Shown here in pieces: positions 50,605 through 63,459 of a DNA stretch of 64,000 nt (the first letter of the stretch is position 1; each line of letters begins with the position of its first letter). The notes below the pieces were generated by a model that saw only the letters and a list, made by a program, of their open reading frames with translations, was not told the DNA's origin and ran no database searches. Both the position numbers and the translations under genes were made by a program. The stretch covers positions 24,117,236-24,181,235 of the forward strand of contig NC_057720.1 in NCBI RefSeq assembly GCF_004010195.1, written 5' to 3'. The stretch is from Chiloscyllium plagiosum. Taxonomy: Eukaryota.

Positions 50605-51597
50605 TTTTTTGCAAGGTTTGTGAAGGTTTGTAGCTCAGGTTGAGGTTTAGGGTGTAGGTTTGCTCGCTGAGCTGTAGGTTTGATATCCAGATGTTTCATT
50701 GCCTGGCTAGGTAACATCATCAGTGGCAATCTCCAAGTGAAGCAAAGCTGTTGTCTCCTGCTTTCTATTTATATGTTTGTCCTAGATGGGGTTCCTGGGG
50801 TTTGTGGTGATGTCATTTCCTGTTCGTTTTCTGAGGGGTTGATAGACGGTTTCTAGATCTATGTGTTTGCTTATGGCGTTGTGGTTGGAGTGCCAGGCCT
50901 CTAGGAATTCTCTGGCATGTCTTTGCTTAGCCTGTCCCAGGATAGATGTGTTGTCCCAGTCAAATTGGTGGGTTTTTTCATCCGTGTGTAGAGCTACGAG
51001 GGAGAGAGGGTCGTGTCTTTTTGTGGCTAGCTGGTGTTCGTGTATCCTGGTGGCTAACTTTCTTCCTGTTTGTCCTACGTCGTATTTGTGGCAGTCCTTG
51101 CATGGAATTTTGTAGATGGCGTTGGTTTTGTCCATGGGTTGTACTGGGTCTTTTAAGTTTGTTAGTTTTTGTTTGAGAGTGTTGGTGGGTTTGTGTGCTA
51201 CTAGGATTCCGAGGAAGACAAAACAATGATCTAATTCGACGTAAAAGCACTGTTCACCTCCATCAACATCGACCTGGCAAAGGAAACACTTACCACACTT
51301 TTAGAAGAGACCATCACACACACCCCAATAACCATCAATCACATTACCAACGAAAACATCATGAAGCTAGTGGACTCCAACCACAACGCCATAAACAAAC
51401 ACATAGATCTAGATACCATCTATTAACCCCTCAGAAAACGAACAGGAAATGACATCACCACAAACCCCAGGAACCCCATCCAGGACAAACATATAAATAG
51501 AAAGCAGGAGACAACAGCTTTGCTTCACTTGGAGGCCACCAGGTAATGAAACGTCTGGATATCAAACCTACAGCTCAGCGAGCAAATCTACACCCTT
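50605..51597 (-). mobile_element. Penelope-like element (second family) with GIY-YIG, inverted RT piece and inverted terminus
   Basis: KTNAIYKIPCKDCHKYDVGQTGRKLATRIHEHQ (minus); FDVKALFTSI RT motif (plus, 51206-51375); 14-bp TSD aacgtgtttgataa at 50591-50604 and 51598-51611. Confidence 0.93.
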
Positions 51598-51948
51598 AAC
51601 GTGTTTGATAAACCTGTACCTCCACCAAAGATTCACACTGTCCTTTGCAACAGCACTGAAAAATGGTAAATGCCTATCCTAATTTCAAAATCATTTTGTT
51701 CAATCTTATATGCTTTTCAAAAGCAGAGCAGTGAGATTCTCACTGTGCAGCAGCAAGATGCCAATTGATATAATTTATTCATCATTAAAGATGTTGTTAA
51801 TTCAGAGTCCGACCTTACCAAACAAATTTGGGAAATCTTATTTAGGAAACTAGAGCAAGAACCTGCCAGATTCAGCTCGCTACTTGTTCTGAATGACATC
51901 CAGATTGGACGCCAGGCAGCAGCATCTCAAGGCACACTGCATGGGCAT

Positions 51949-52591
51949 TGTATGAAGCAGACCAAACACCCTTAAAATGTAATAAAAAGATAGCTTAGAC
52001 ACCAATATTTCTTCAGTATAAGGCATTATGTTCCGGATGCAATTTGATTGGTCAAACTGCCAGGCTTGAAGCAAAACACACTTTATTCTTACACAATAGT
52101 GAAAAAACAAACAACAAAAAGAAGAATTGGAATAACTCAACACTATTGGAAAACTTAACAGAATAATAGATTATTTAACTACTAAACAGCAACAGTTCCA
52201 ATATAGTAACATCCCATAAACACACCCTTACCAAAGGCAAATTCATAAATTTTATTGTCTCAGGTGCAATTCACCAGTTCAAGAGGAAAGAACAATAAGA
52301 GAAAATTCTGAGAGAGAGAGAGAGAACTCAAGCATTTTGCTGCAGCAGGGAGAAATGTATAAGCAGCTTCCAAACCCCAACAGCTACTGAAAGTTAAACT
52401 AAAATCTTGGTTCTATGGGAGGTTGACCCCATCCATTCATGCTGCTTCCATTGTTCCAACTTTAACAAAAAGTTCAAAACCTCACAGCTGTTTGCTTTAT
52501 TGGCTTGGAACAGACCACTTTTCACATCTGTCTCAATCTCCCTTCATAAAAAAGCCCAGAACAAAATACACCTCTTAAAACCATTGTATCA
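51949..52591 (-). mobile_element. Solo-LTR-like element (same family as 25349-26200)
   Basis: TG...CA ends, AATAAA in the distal third on the minus strand, internal (GA)n at 52310-52324; TSD not evident. Confidence 0.55.
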
Positions 52592-53249
52592 ATACAGCAG
52601 TGAACACACACATCCATGGGCATGGACATTCAACACATGCTAGCTTCTAAGAATCCACACGGCATACCTCCAATCCACTTACAGGATGCTTCTGGATACT
52701 CACAGCATCCCTGCCTTTCATTACTCTGCCTTTATGCACATTCCTTCCTCAGCCTATAACACCAGGCTCATTTTACTACCGGCTTAGCATAGACACAAGG
52801 GCAGGAAGACTGTACAGTTTCATTCAAGTCAAAGGGCTGGCAATTGCTCGAAACCAATAAATCAAGGACAGCCTACTCATCATTCACATCTTCACCACAT
52901 TAACTCAGTTGGCTGGACGGGTGGTTTGCAATACCAAGTAACACCAACAGCATGGGTTGAATTCACATACCAGCTGAGGTTACCGTGAAGGATTCTCCTT
53001 CTCAAGCTTTTCCCATGCTTGAGATGTGGTGACCCTCAGGTTAAACCACCATCACTGTCTCTTATTGACAGAGTAGCCCTATGGCCTAGTAAGACTGTAG
53101 TGATTTTACCCTCTATGCCATCATTAAGGCAGTAAGTTTCATCTCCAATATTTCTGACTGTAAACTGCTTTAGCTTATTTTTTTCATTCGTTCATGAGAT
53201 GCAGATATCGCTGACAAGGCCAGCAACTGTCTTCCGCTGCCAAAGTTCA

Positions 53250-53670
53250 CATCCGTGCCTTCAAGCCTCGATTTTCACAATGCACTGCTTATTAACCTCT
53301 AACTCCCCACTGTCCAGAAACATGAGGTTTTGAAAATTGTGTTGTTTGTGTCCTAACTCACAGCAACTCCCTTTCACCTATCACCTCTGTGCTCAATTGC
53401 CTACACTGGCTCAATTTTAAAATTTTCATCCTTGTTTTAAATCTCTCCATAGATCCATCGCCTAATTATTTTTATGCAATCCCCCTGCCCTATGTCCTTC
53501 TAAGATAAATGTATTCTTCAAATTGTAGTCTGTTGCTCTTCCGCATCCAGTGGTGGCCCGTTCTTCTGCTTGTGAGCCTCCAAGTTTTAGATTCCCTTCA
53601 CAACTCTTCAAACTTTCTATTCTGTGTTAAGGCATTCCTTAAAATCTACCTTCTGTCCAAGTTTTATTCA
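53250..53670 (+). mobile_element. Old L2-like LINE 3' fragment
   Basis: Degenerate PITxVLxxLHWL...FKIxILV motif typical of the L2 ORF2 C-terminus. Confidence 0.6.
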
Positions 53671-54203
53671 TCGGTCCCAATATTTACTGATTCTTAAAAA
53701 AATTCACTCATGGGAAATGGAGCATTGCTGGCTGACCAACATTTATTGCCTATCCCTAGTTTTCCTTGAGAAGATGGTGGTGAGCTGCCTTCTTAAAGTG
53801 CTGCAGCTCTTGTGCTGTCGGCTGATCCACAATGCCTTTAGGGAGGGAATTCCAGGACTTTGACCCACCCACAGTGAAGGAAGGCAATATATTTCCAAGT
53901 CAGGATGGTAAGTGATTTGGAGGGGAACTTGCATGTGGTAATGTTCCCATGCATCTGCTGCCCTTGTCCTTATGGATAGAAATGGTCATGGGTTTGGAAG
54001 GTGGTGTCTGAGGATCTTTGGTGAATTTCTGTGGTGCATCTTATAGATAGTACACACTGCTGCTACTGAGCATTAGTGTTGGAGGAAGTTGATGCTTGTA
54101 GATGTAGTGCCAATTGAGCGGGATGCTTTATCCTGGATGCCGTCGATTGATGGTGCTTCTTGAATGTTGTTGGCACTGCACCCATTCAGGCAAGTGGGGA
54201 GTA

Positions 54204-54517
54204 TTAGATTTTAGATTACATTACAATGTGGAAACAGGCCCTTCGGCCCAACAAGTCCACACCGACCCGCCGAAGCGCAACCCACCCATACCCCTACATT
54301 TACCCCTTACCTAACACTACGGGCAATTTAGCATGGCCAATTCACCTGACCTGCACATTTGGACTGTGGGAGGAAACCGGAGCACCCAGAGGAAACCCAC
54401 GCAAGACACGGAGAGAACGTGCAAACTCCACACAGTCAGTCGCCTGAGGCGGGAATTGAACCCGGGTCTCCGGCGCTTTGAGGCAGCAGTGCTAACCACT
54501 GTGCCACCGTGCCACCC
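54204..54517 (-). mobile_element. HE1-type V-SINE (young)
   Basis: Near-identical to 2293-2604. Confidence 0.92.
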
Positions 54518-55333
54518 ACAATTCCATCGCACTCCTGACTTGTGCCTTGTAGACAGTAGTCAGGAGGTGAGTTACTCATCACAGTATTCCTAGCCTCTGA
54601 TCTGCTCTTATAGCAGGTCCAGTTAGGTTTCTGGTTAATGATAATCCTAGGATATTGAAAGTGGGTTCACAGCCATTGGATATCAAGGGGCAGTGTTTAG
54701 ATTGTCTCTTATTGGAGATTGTCATCACCTGGTAATGATGTGGTGCAATGATACTGCCACGTGTCAGCCCAAGGCTGGATATTGTTGCATTTGAACATGG
54801 ACTGCTCCAGTACCTGAGGAGTCACAAATAGTGCTGAATACTGTGCAATCATTCGCAAGCATCCCCACCCTGACCTAATGATGCAGGGAAAGTCATTGAT
54901 AAAGCGACTTAAGATGGTTGAATCTTGGACACAACCTTTAGAAACTCCTGCAGAGATGTCCTGGAACCGAGATACCTCCAATAGCTGTGGCCATCTTCCT
55001 ATCTGCCAGGTATGGTTCTAACCAGTGGAGAGTTTGCCCCTGGATACTCATTGATTCCAGTTTTGCTAGGGCTCCTCAATGCCACACTTGGTCAAATGTT
55101 GCCTTAATGTCAAGGACTGTCACTTGCACCTCACCTCTGGGAATCAGCTATTTTGTCCATATTTGAATGAAGGCTGTAATGAGACCAGGAACTGAATGGC
55201 CCTGATGGAACCCAAACTGGGCGTCACTGAGAAGATCATTGCTAAGCAGGTGCTGCTTGATAGCAATGCTGATGATGCCTTTACTGATGATTGAGAGTAG
55301 ACTGCTGGGGTGATAATTGACAGGGTTGGATTT

Positions 55334-56027
55334 GGTAAAAACAATGACTGCAGATGCTGGAAACCAGATTCTGAATTAGTGGCGCTGGAAGAGCACAGCA
55401 CAGCGAAATCGACGTTTCGGGCAAAATCCCTTCATCAGGCATAAAGGCAGAGAGCCTGAAGCGTGGAGAGATAAGCTGGAGGAGGGTGGGGGTGGGGAGA
55501 AAGTAGCATAGAGTNNNNNNNNNNNNNNNNNNNNNNNNNNNNNNNNNNNNNNNNNNNNNNNNNNNNNNNNNNNNNNNNNNNNNNNNNNNNNNNNNNNNNN
55601 NNNNNNNNNNNNNNNNNNNNNNNNNNNNNNNNNNNNNNNNNNNNNNNNNNNNNNNNNNNNNNNNNNNNNNNNNNNNNNNNNNNNNNNNNNNNNNNNNNNN
55701 NNNNNNNNNNCCAGGTGGTCACGGAGGGAACGGTCTTTGCGGAAGGTGGAGAGGGGTGGGGAGGGAAATATATCCCTGGTGGTGGGGTCTGTTTGGAGGT
55801 GGCGGAAATGTCGGCGGATGATTTGGTTTATGGGAAGGTTGGTAGGGTGGAAGGTGAGCACCAGGGGCGTTCTGTCCTTGTTACGGTTGGAGGGGTGGGG
55901 TCTGAGGGCGGAGGTGTGGGATGTGGACAAGATGCGTTGGAGGGCATCTTTAACCACGTGGGAAGGGAAATTGCGGTCTCTAAAGAAGGAGGCCATTTGG
56001 TGTGTTCTGTGGTGGAACTGGTCCTCC
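55334..56027 (-). mobile_element. Penelope-like element 3' portion (spans assembly gap)
   Basis: MASFFRDRNFPSHVV..RNKDRTPLVLTFHPTNL..IFPSPPLSTFRKDRSLRDHL (PLE thumb/linker), followed by the hammerhead-bearing terminus. Confidence 0.9.
55515..55710. other. Assembly gap
   Basis: 196 N. Confidence 1.
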
Positions 56028-56244
56028 GTCCTGCTTTTAATGTACAGGACATATCTGGGCAATTTTTCACATTGTTGGGCAGATGCCAGTGTTGTAATTG
56101 TACTGGAAGATCTTGGCTCGGGGAGCTGCAAGTTCTCAAGCACAATTCTTCAGTATTAATGGTGGAGTGTTGTCAGATCCCAAAGCCTTTGTAGTGTCTA
56201 GTGCCTCCAATCATTTCTTGAAATCACATGGAGCAAATCCAATT

Positions 56245-59200
56245 AGAACATAGAACATAGAAAAGTACAGCACAGAACAGGCCCTTTGGCCCACGATGCT
56301 GAGATTTAATCCTAATGTAAAAACATAGTAACAACCTACGCACCCCTCAACTCACTGCTATCCATGTGCAGTCGCTGAAATGTCCTCATTGACTCTGCTT
56401 CCACCACCACAGCTGGTAACACATTCCATGCATTCTCAAATCCCTGTGTAAAAAGCCTACCTCTGATGTCTCCTTTATACCTTCCTCCTAATATCTTCAA
56501 ACTATGATTTCTCGTACCAGTCAATCATGCCTGGGGAAAAGTCTCTGGCTATTGACTCTATCTATTCCTCTCATTATTTTGTACACCTCTATCAGGTCTC
56601 CTCTCTTCCTCCTTCTCTTCAGAGAGAAAAGTCCAAGCCTATTCAACCTTTCTTCATAAGGCAAGCACTCGAGTCCAGGCAGCATCCTGGTAAACCATCT
56701 TTGCACCCTCTCCAAAGCCTCTGTATCTTTCCTATAGTAGTGCGACCAGAACTGGACACAATATTCCAAGTGTGGTCTCGCCAGGGACTTTTAGAGCTGC
56801 AGCAAAACCTCACGGCTCTTAAACTCTATCCTCCTGTTGATGAAAGCCAAAACACCATTTGCTTTCTTAACAACCCTATCCACTTGGGTGGCACTTTGAG
56901 GGATCTATGTACTTGCATGCCTAGATCCCTCTGTTCCTCCACACTGCCAAGAATCCTGTCTTTAATCCTATATTCAGCATTTGAGTTCGACCTTCCAAAA
57001 TGCACCACTTCGCATTTATCCAGGTTGAACTCCATCTGCCATTTCTCAGCCCAGCTCTGCATTCTGTCTATGTTCGCTGCAGCCTGCAATAGCCCTCTTT
57101 ACTATCGATGACACCACCAACCTTTGTGTCATCTGCAAATTTACTAACCCACCCCTCAACATCCTCATCCAAGTCATTTATAAAAACTACAAAGAGCAAA
57201 GGCCCAAGTAAAGAGCCCTGCAGGACCCCATTCGACACTGTCCTCCAGGCAGAATACTTTCCATCTTAAACCACTCTCTGCCTTCTGTCAACCAGCCAAT
57301 TCTGAATCCAGATAGCCAAATCTCCCTGTATCTCATACTTCCTGACTTAATGAATGAGTCTACCATGGGGAATCCTATCAAATGCCTTGCTAAAATCCAT
57401 ATACACCGCATCCACTCCTCGACTGTCATCGACCTGTCTTGACACCTCCTCAAAGAACTCAATAAGATTTGTGAGGCATGACCTGCCCCTCACAAAGCCA
57501 TGCTGACTGCCTTTAATCACACTATGCTTTGCCAAATAGTCATAAATCCTATCCCTCAGAATTATTTCCAAAACTTTGCTGACCACAGATGTGAGACTGA
57601 CTGGTCTGTAATTGCCAGGGATTTCCCTATTACCCTTCTTGAAAAGAGGAACAACATTCGCCTCCTTCCAATCCTTTGGTACGACTCCCATGGAGAGTGA
57701 GGAGGCAAATATCCTCGCCAGCAGCTTAGCAACCTCCTTTCTCGCTTCTCAGAGCAGCCTAGGATAAATCTGCTCTGGCCTGGGGACTTATCAATCTTAA
57801 TGTTTTCCAAACATCAACTTCATCAATCTTGATCTGGTCAAGACTGTATCCTAGCTCCTCTAAGTTTTTATTTACAACAAGTTCCCTTTCCTTGGTGAAA
57901 ACCAAAGCAAAAAACTCATTTTGGGCTTCCCCTATCTGCTCAGACTCCACGCACAAGTTCTCTATGCTATCCCTGATCGGCCCTATCTTCTCCCTGATCA
58001 TTCTCTTATTCCTCACGTATGAGTAAAACACCTTTGGGTTCTCCCTAATCCTTCTTGCCAAGCCTTTTTCGTGCCCCCTCCTGGCTCTCCTCAGTCCATT
58101 TCTGAGCTCCTTTCTAGCTAGCCTGTAATCCTCTAAAGCTGTGCTGGATCCTTGCTTCCTCCACCTTGCATAAGCTGCCTTCTTCCTTTTGACGAGAAGT
58201 TCCTCTGTTCTCCATCATCCAAGGTTCCTTAATCTTACCCTTTTTTACCTGCCTCAGAGGAACAAATTTGTGCATCACTCGCAACAACTGCTCCTTAAAT
58301 AGTCTCCACATGTCTGCTGTGCCCTTACTGTGGAACAATTGCTCCCAGTCAATACTTCCCAACTCCTGTCTGATAGCGTCATAATTTCCTTTCCCCCAAT
58401 TAAATATCTTCCCTCGGTAATTATTCCTTTCACTTTCCAAGACTATGCTAAATGTGAGGCAGTTGTGATCACTGTCACCAAAGTGCTCTCCCACCTCGAG
58501 ATCTGACACCTGTCCTGGCTCGTTGCCGAGCAACAAATCCAAAATGGCCTCTTCCCTCGTCGGTCTGTCAACATACTGAGTAAGGAAACCCTCCTGAACA
58601 CAAATGATAGAATTGGTTCCATCTAAATGATCTACACTTAGGAGGTTCTAGTTGATATTGGGTAAGTTGAAATCACCCATAACAACAACCCTGCTACTTT
58701 TGCATTTTTCCAGAATCTGCTCGCCTATGAGATCTTCAATCTCTCTACTGCTATTAAGTGGTCTGTAGAAAACTCCCAATACGGTGGCTGTTCCCTTGCT
58801 GTTCCTAACTTCCGCCCATACTGACTCAGCAGACAAACCTTCCTCAACAGCCTTCATTTCTGTAGCTGTGATGCACTCTCTGATTAGCAATGCCACACCC
58901 CCTCCTCTTTTCCACCCTCCCTGTTATTTTTAAACATTCTAAACCCTGGAACATCAGGCAACCATTCCTGCCCCTGTGAAACCCATGTCTCTGTTATGGC
59001 CACAACATCGTAGTCCCAAGTACTGATCCATGCTCTAAGTTCGTCACTCTTATTTTGGACACTCCTTGCATTAAAACATACACACGTTAACTGATCCCTT
59101 TGTTTCATCGCGTGAGAAACCTTCCTTTTAGATTCAATATATCCTGTCACTATCCTGTCTGCAACTGATCCCCTCTCAGACATGTGGCTCTGATTCCCAC

Positions 59201-59668
59201 CTCCTTCTCCCCCCCCGCCAAATTATTTTAACCTCCCGAATCACACGAGCAAATCTCGAACGCAGGACATTTGTACCCCTCCAGTTCAGGTGCAACCCAT
59301 CCTTCATGTACATGTCTTACCTTCCCCAGAAGGTATCCCAATGGTCTAGGTATCTGAAGCCCTCCCTCCTGCACCAGCCTCACAGCCACGTGTTAAGCTG
59401 CACTTGCTGACTGTTCCTCATCTCACTATCTCGTGGCACCGGTAGCAAACCTGAAATCACTACTCTATTCGTCCTGCTCTTCAGCTTCCAACCTAACTCT
59501 CTGTACTCATTTTTCAGATCCTCACTCCCTTTCCTGGCTATATCATTGCTGCCAATATGTACCACGATTTCTGGCAGCTCTCCCTCCCCCTTCAGAATCT
59601 TGTAAACCCGATCGGCAACATCCCGGACCCTGGCATCATACCTTCCGGAAGTCCTGTTCCTGACCACA
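56245..59668 (-). mobile_element. Near-full-length CR1/HER1 LINE (esterase ORF1, APE endonuclease, RT), frameshifted
   Basis: ORF1 IVVHIGSND..VVISGLLPVP; EN CFNARSV..VAITETW, VMGDFN, GDSDHN; RT NYRPVSL, YMDFSKAFD; tail (ttctatg)n; AATT at both junctions. Confidence 0.94.
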
Positions 59669-60065
59669 AATTGGCTGAAGACTGGCATTTGCGATGCTGG
59701 GAAACACTGGAGGAGGCCAAGATAGATCATCTACTTGGCACTTCTGGCTGAAATTTGCTGCAAAAGCCATGAGGTTACAGATTGCGCTGGAGTACAATTA
59801 TGCTGCTGTTGACGGTGCACATCGCCTCATAAATGCTCAGTCTTGAGACGCTAGATCTGATCAAAGTCTGTCCAATTTAGCATGATGAAGGTGGGACTTC
59901 ATCTCCACAAGGACTGTGTGGTGGTCACTCTTACCAATACTGTTTTGGACGCTTGCATTTTGGAGCAGCAAATTGCTAAGGATGAGGTCAAGTATGTATG
60001 ATATCACTTATTGTCATATTTTGTTTGATAAAACTTCTGTAAAGTACTTTGGGATATTCTATTAA

Positions 60066-60375
60066 GGACAGCACGGTGGCTCAGTGGTTAGCACTGCTGC
60101 CTCACAATGCCAAGGACCTGGTTTGATTCTGGCCTCGGGCAATCGTCTGTGGGGAGTTTGCACATTCGTCTTCTGTCTGTGTGGGTTTCCTCCCACAGTC
60201 CAAAAAAAATGTGCAGGTCAGGTGAATTGGTCATGCTAAATTGCCCATAGTGTTATGTGCATTAGTCAGGGGTAAATATGGGGAATGGGTCTGGGTAGAT
60301 TACTCTTCAGAGAGTCAGTGTGGATTTGTTGGGCCAAAGGGCCTGTTTCCATTCTGTAGAGAATCTAATCTAATC
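60066..60375 (+). mobile_element. HE1-type V-SINE
   Basis: gcacggtggctcagtggttagcactgctgcc head; (taatc)n tail. Confidence 0.88.
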
Positions 60376-61059
60376 AATTATGTTGATGAAGAAACATAGT
60401 GCTGCGGGGCAGGGGCAGACAAATTTATCCTTGAGCCTGCTCCACCATTCTATAAGATAATGACTGATTTGATTGTGGTCAGAGCTCCACTTTTCTGTCA
60501 GTATCTCGTAACCCTTGATTCCCTTATCTATCAAAAATCTATCTAACTCCACCTTGGACAATTTAAAGACTCAGCCTCCATTTCTTTATGTAGAAAGAGA
60601 AGTCCATGCTGTAAAACACTTTGAAGAAAAAAATGCTCCTCATCTCTGTCTTAAGGACATTTTTGACATTTTTATGTAGTATTAATTACTATTAATTAAT
60701 TGGATATGTTGTCTGTCCATTCAGAATCCCTAGTATAATTTCCAAAAGAAGTCATAGTCTGCTCAGTGTTTGCTTGTAAATAACATAATGCTCTTATCTT
60801 TCTCATTAAGAACTCTTAAAAATAATTTATCCAGTTAATTCAGTAGCACATATAAATTGGGGACTGACAGTAGCTGATAGTTATAAACTAAGTATTATTA
60901 ATTATTGTGCTGTTCCAAAGAAGAGATATGATGGACTTTAAACAACAACTCGTGTTCTTCCCCCACAGCTGCTGATAGAGTAACTGTGTTTTTGCACTTT
61001 TTCTATTTTTAATTCAGATTTTCAACTGCTGCAATATTTTATTTTAATTTTAATCAAAG

Positions 61060-61420
61060 ATAGCAGTCTTCAGGTTCATTGGAAGCAGTCATACCTCTAA
61101 ATCAACAGGTTACAGATTTAATTCACATTTCAGATCCTTGAGCAGATAAGCAAAGCCGATATTTCAATGCAGTACTGAAAAGGTCAGCACACCGCTGTCA
61201 TAGTAGCATATTTTAATGAAATATTAAGTTAAAGTCATATAAGTTGAGTGCTTCTAAAAGATGCCATAGTAATTAATGAATAATTGCAGGGTTGTCATCT
61301 TAGTTATCATTTATTCATCAACCATTTAATATAGATTATGAACTATTCTTTCTTTGCAGCAGTAACTGCACTTCAAAAGTACTTCATTGACTGTGAAGTA
61401 CTTTGGATTTTCATGCTAGT
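61060..61420 (+). mobile_element. Ancient tRNA-derived SINE, possibly Deu-domain type
   Basis: Degenerate head plus gcagtactga..aaaagatgccat..cacttcaaaagtacttcattg blocks recalled from Deu-SINEs; not searched. Confidence 0.45.
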
Positions 61421-61529
61421 TATTTATTTACATTACACTTGTACTGCTACTTACACATTGCTATAATTTAAATTTCAAAGTGGACAGGTGGAAGATCCCT
61501 CATCTTACCAGATGCCTTTCCTCTTGTCC

Positions 61530-62035
61530 TATCCCCACTTCTGTGTTCAGTTTTGGTCGCCTCATTATAGGAAGGACGTGGAAGCTTTAGAGGGGGCACA
61601 GAGGAGATTTACCAGGAGGTTACCTGGACTGGAGGGCATGTCTTATGAGGAAAGGTTGAGGGAGCTAGGGCATTTCTCATTGGAGCGAAGAAGGATAAGA
61701 GGTGACTTGATAGAGGAGTACAAGATGTTGAGAGGCATAGATAGAGTGGATAGCCAGAGACTTTTTCCTGGGGCAGAAATGGCTATGATGAGGGGGCATA
61801 ATTTTAAAGTAATTGGAGGAAGGTTTAGGGGAGATGTCAGAGGTAGGTTCTTTACACAGGGAGTGGTGGGTGTGTGGAATGCACTGCCAGCAGTAGTAGT
61901 AGAATCAGATACATTTAGGCGACTCTTGGAGAGGCACATGGAAAATAATACATTGAAGGGTATGTAGGTTAGTCTGATCTTAGAGCAGGATAAAAGGCCG
62001 GCACCAACATCAAGGTCCAAGGGCCTGTACTGTCC
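61530..62035 (+). mobile_element. CR1 LINE 3' fragment
   Basis: CVQFWSPHYRKDVEALEGAQRRFTRRLPGLEG...WNALP. Confidence 0.92.
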
Positions 62036-63459
62036 TAATTCAATACTTGCATGAAATCTGTTACATAACTAACTTCTTTCAATGCTGATGAAAGGCCATT
62101 GACATGAGCTGTGAATTATTTTCTCTTTCCACAGATGATGCCTGGCCCACAGAACATTTCCAGCATTTTCTGCCTTTTGGCCTCATTTTTGTTGTGACAT
62201 GACGAACGTGTACCTAATGGTATAAATCTACCGTCAATCATCACTACCACAAAAGGATGCAATACATTAGATCCAGGACTTGTATTCTAACTACAAGCAG
62301 TAAGAGTCATGATCAGATGAACCATGCTCAGCCTCCCAGTTGACTCTATCTGTACGTAGTCCTACTTTTAACTAATTAACCCATTTTATTGTTTCATCAA
62401 CTATTGTGTATGATTGGTTTATTTACGTCAAAGACAAGATTGTAATGATCCTTAGCTAAATTAACATGGTAGCTTAAATTTCTCATCCATGCCATTGCTT
62501 CAATGAACCAGTGACATATGGACAAAAAAATTGTTTACGGATCAGATCCACTAAAAGCACAATGCAGCAATAAAGGGTATGGCTCCCTGTTTGGGCTGGG
62601 ATATTATAAAGAAAATTAAATGTAAGAAATACTTTGAAAATTCCCATGATTTTCCTTGTTTGAGTGCCAGATGCAAAAGACAACTCAGGTAATGATTTTA
62701 AAATTCTAAGTCCTAACTTAGCAGTAGGGGTCCTGAATGACTTAAGACAATAAGATAATAAGGTACACTGTTAAAACGTGGGAGCAGTATTCGGCTATAC
62801 AATCCATTAAGTCTGTTCTGCCAATCAGTGAGATCATGGCTGACCTAGAATGCTCAACTCCACTTTCCTGCATTTTCTCTATAACTCTTCACGCACCCAG
62901 AGCACCACAAGCAATAGAAATCAAGTTGAGGGAACGTCAAGTTTATGGAATCCATGATTTGATAAGATTGGACAACCTTGTCAGACCCACATTTCTTGTT
63001 CAGTGGAAGAAGTACTGAGTGAATTAGCCTGACTAAATAATGGCTCGTGAAGTACTTGACTGGTCATTTCAACTTGATTTCTATTACTTATGGTGCTCTG
63101 GAAGCAGTCAAACACGAAAAAAAACATTGAGAGCAATGCTGACTGGCTGGGTATACCAGTTTTCCATGTGTGAAGTACTCTGCAGCAGATGCCACAACTC
63201 TGTAACAGTTTCTCTGAAGAACTAAATTCCTGAAAAGTGTCCAGTCTAGTTCAGATTAGCCTCAAACGGGTAGAAACCTCAAAAGATAGAAGAGCAGGTG
63301 AAACTTTGCAGCAAACATATGAATATTATTCTCCACCAACAGGGTGCTGCATTCAAGCCAAAAAGATGTTCTGCCGACCACACATATAAATAATCTGATA
63401 TATGAGTTTCACTGCTACTGTGATAATCCAGCAGTTCTACAAGCACTTTAAGAGCAAAA

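Larger units (their letters stand above)
53700..59995 (-). mobile_element. Family B LINE hosting three nested insertions
   Basis: Host sequence resumes colinearly after each insert (54204-54520, 55334-56027, 56245-59668); ISAGVSKGC..LSRFINDFP RT remnant. Confidence 0.82.
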
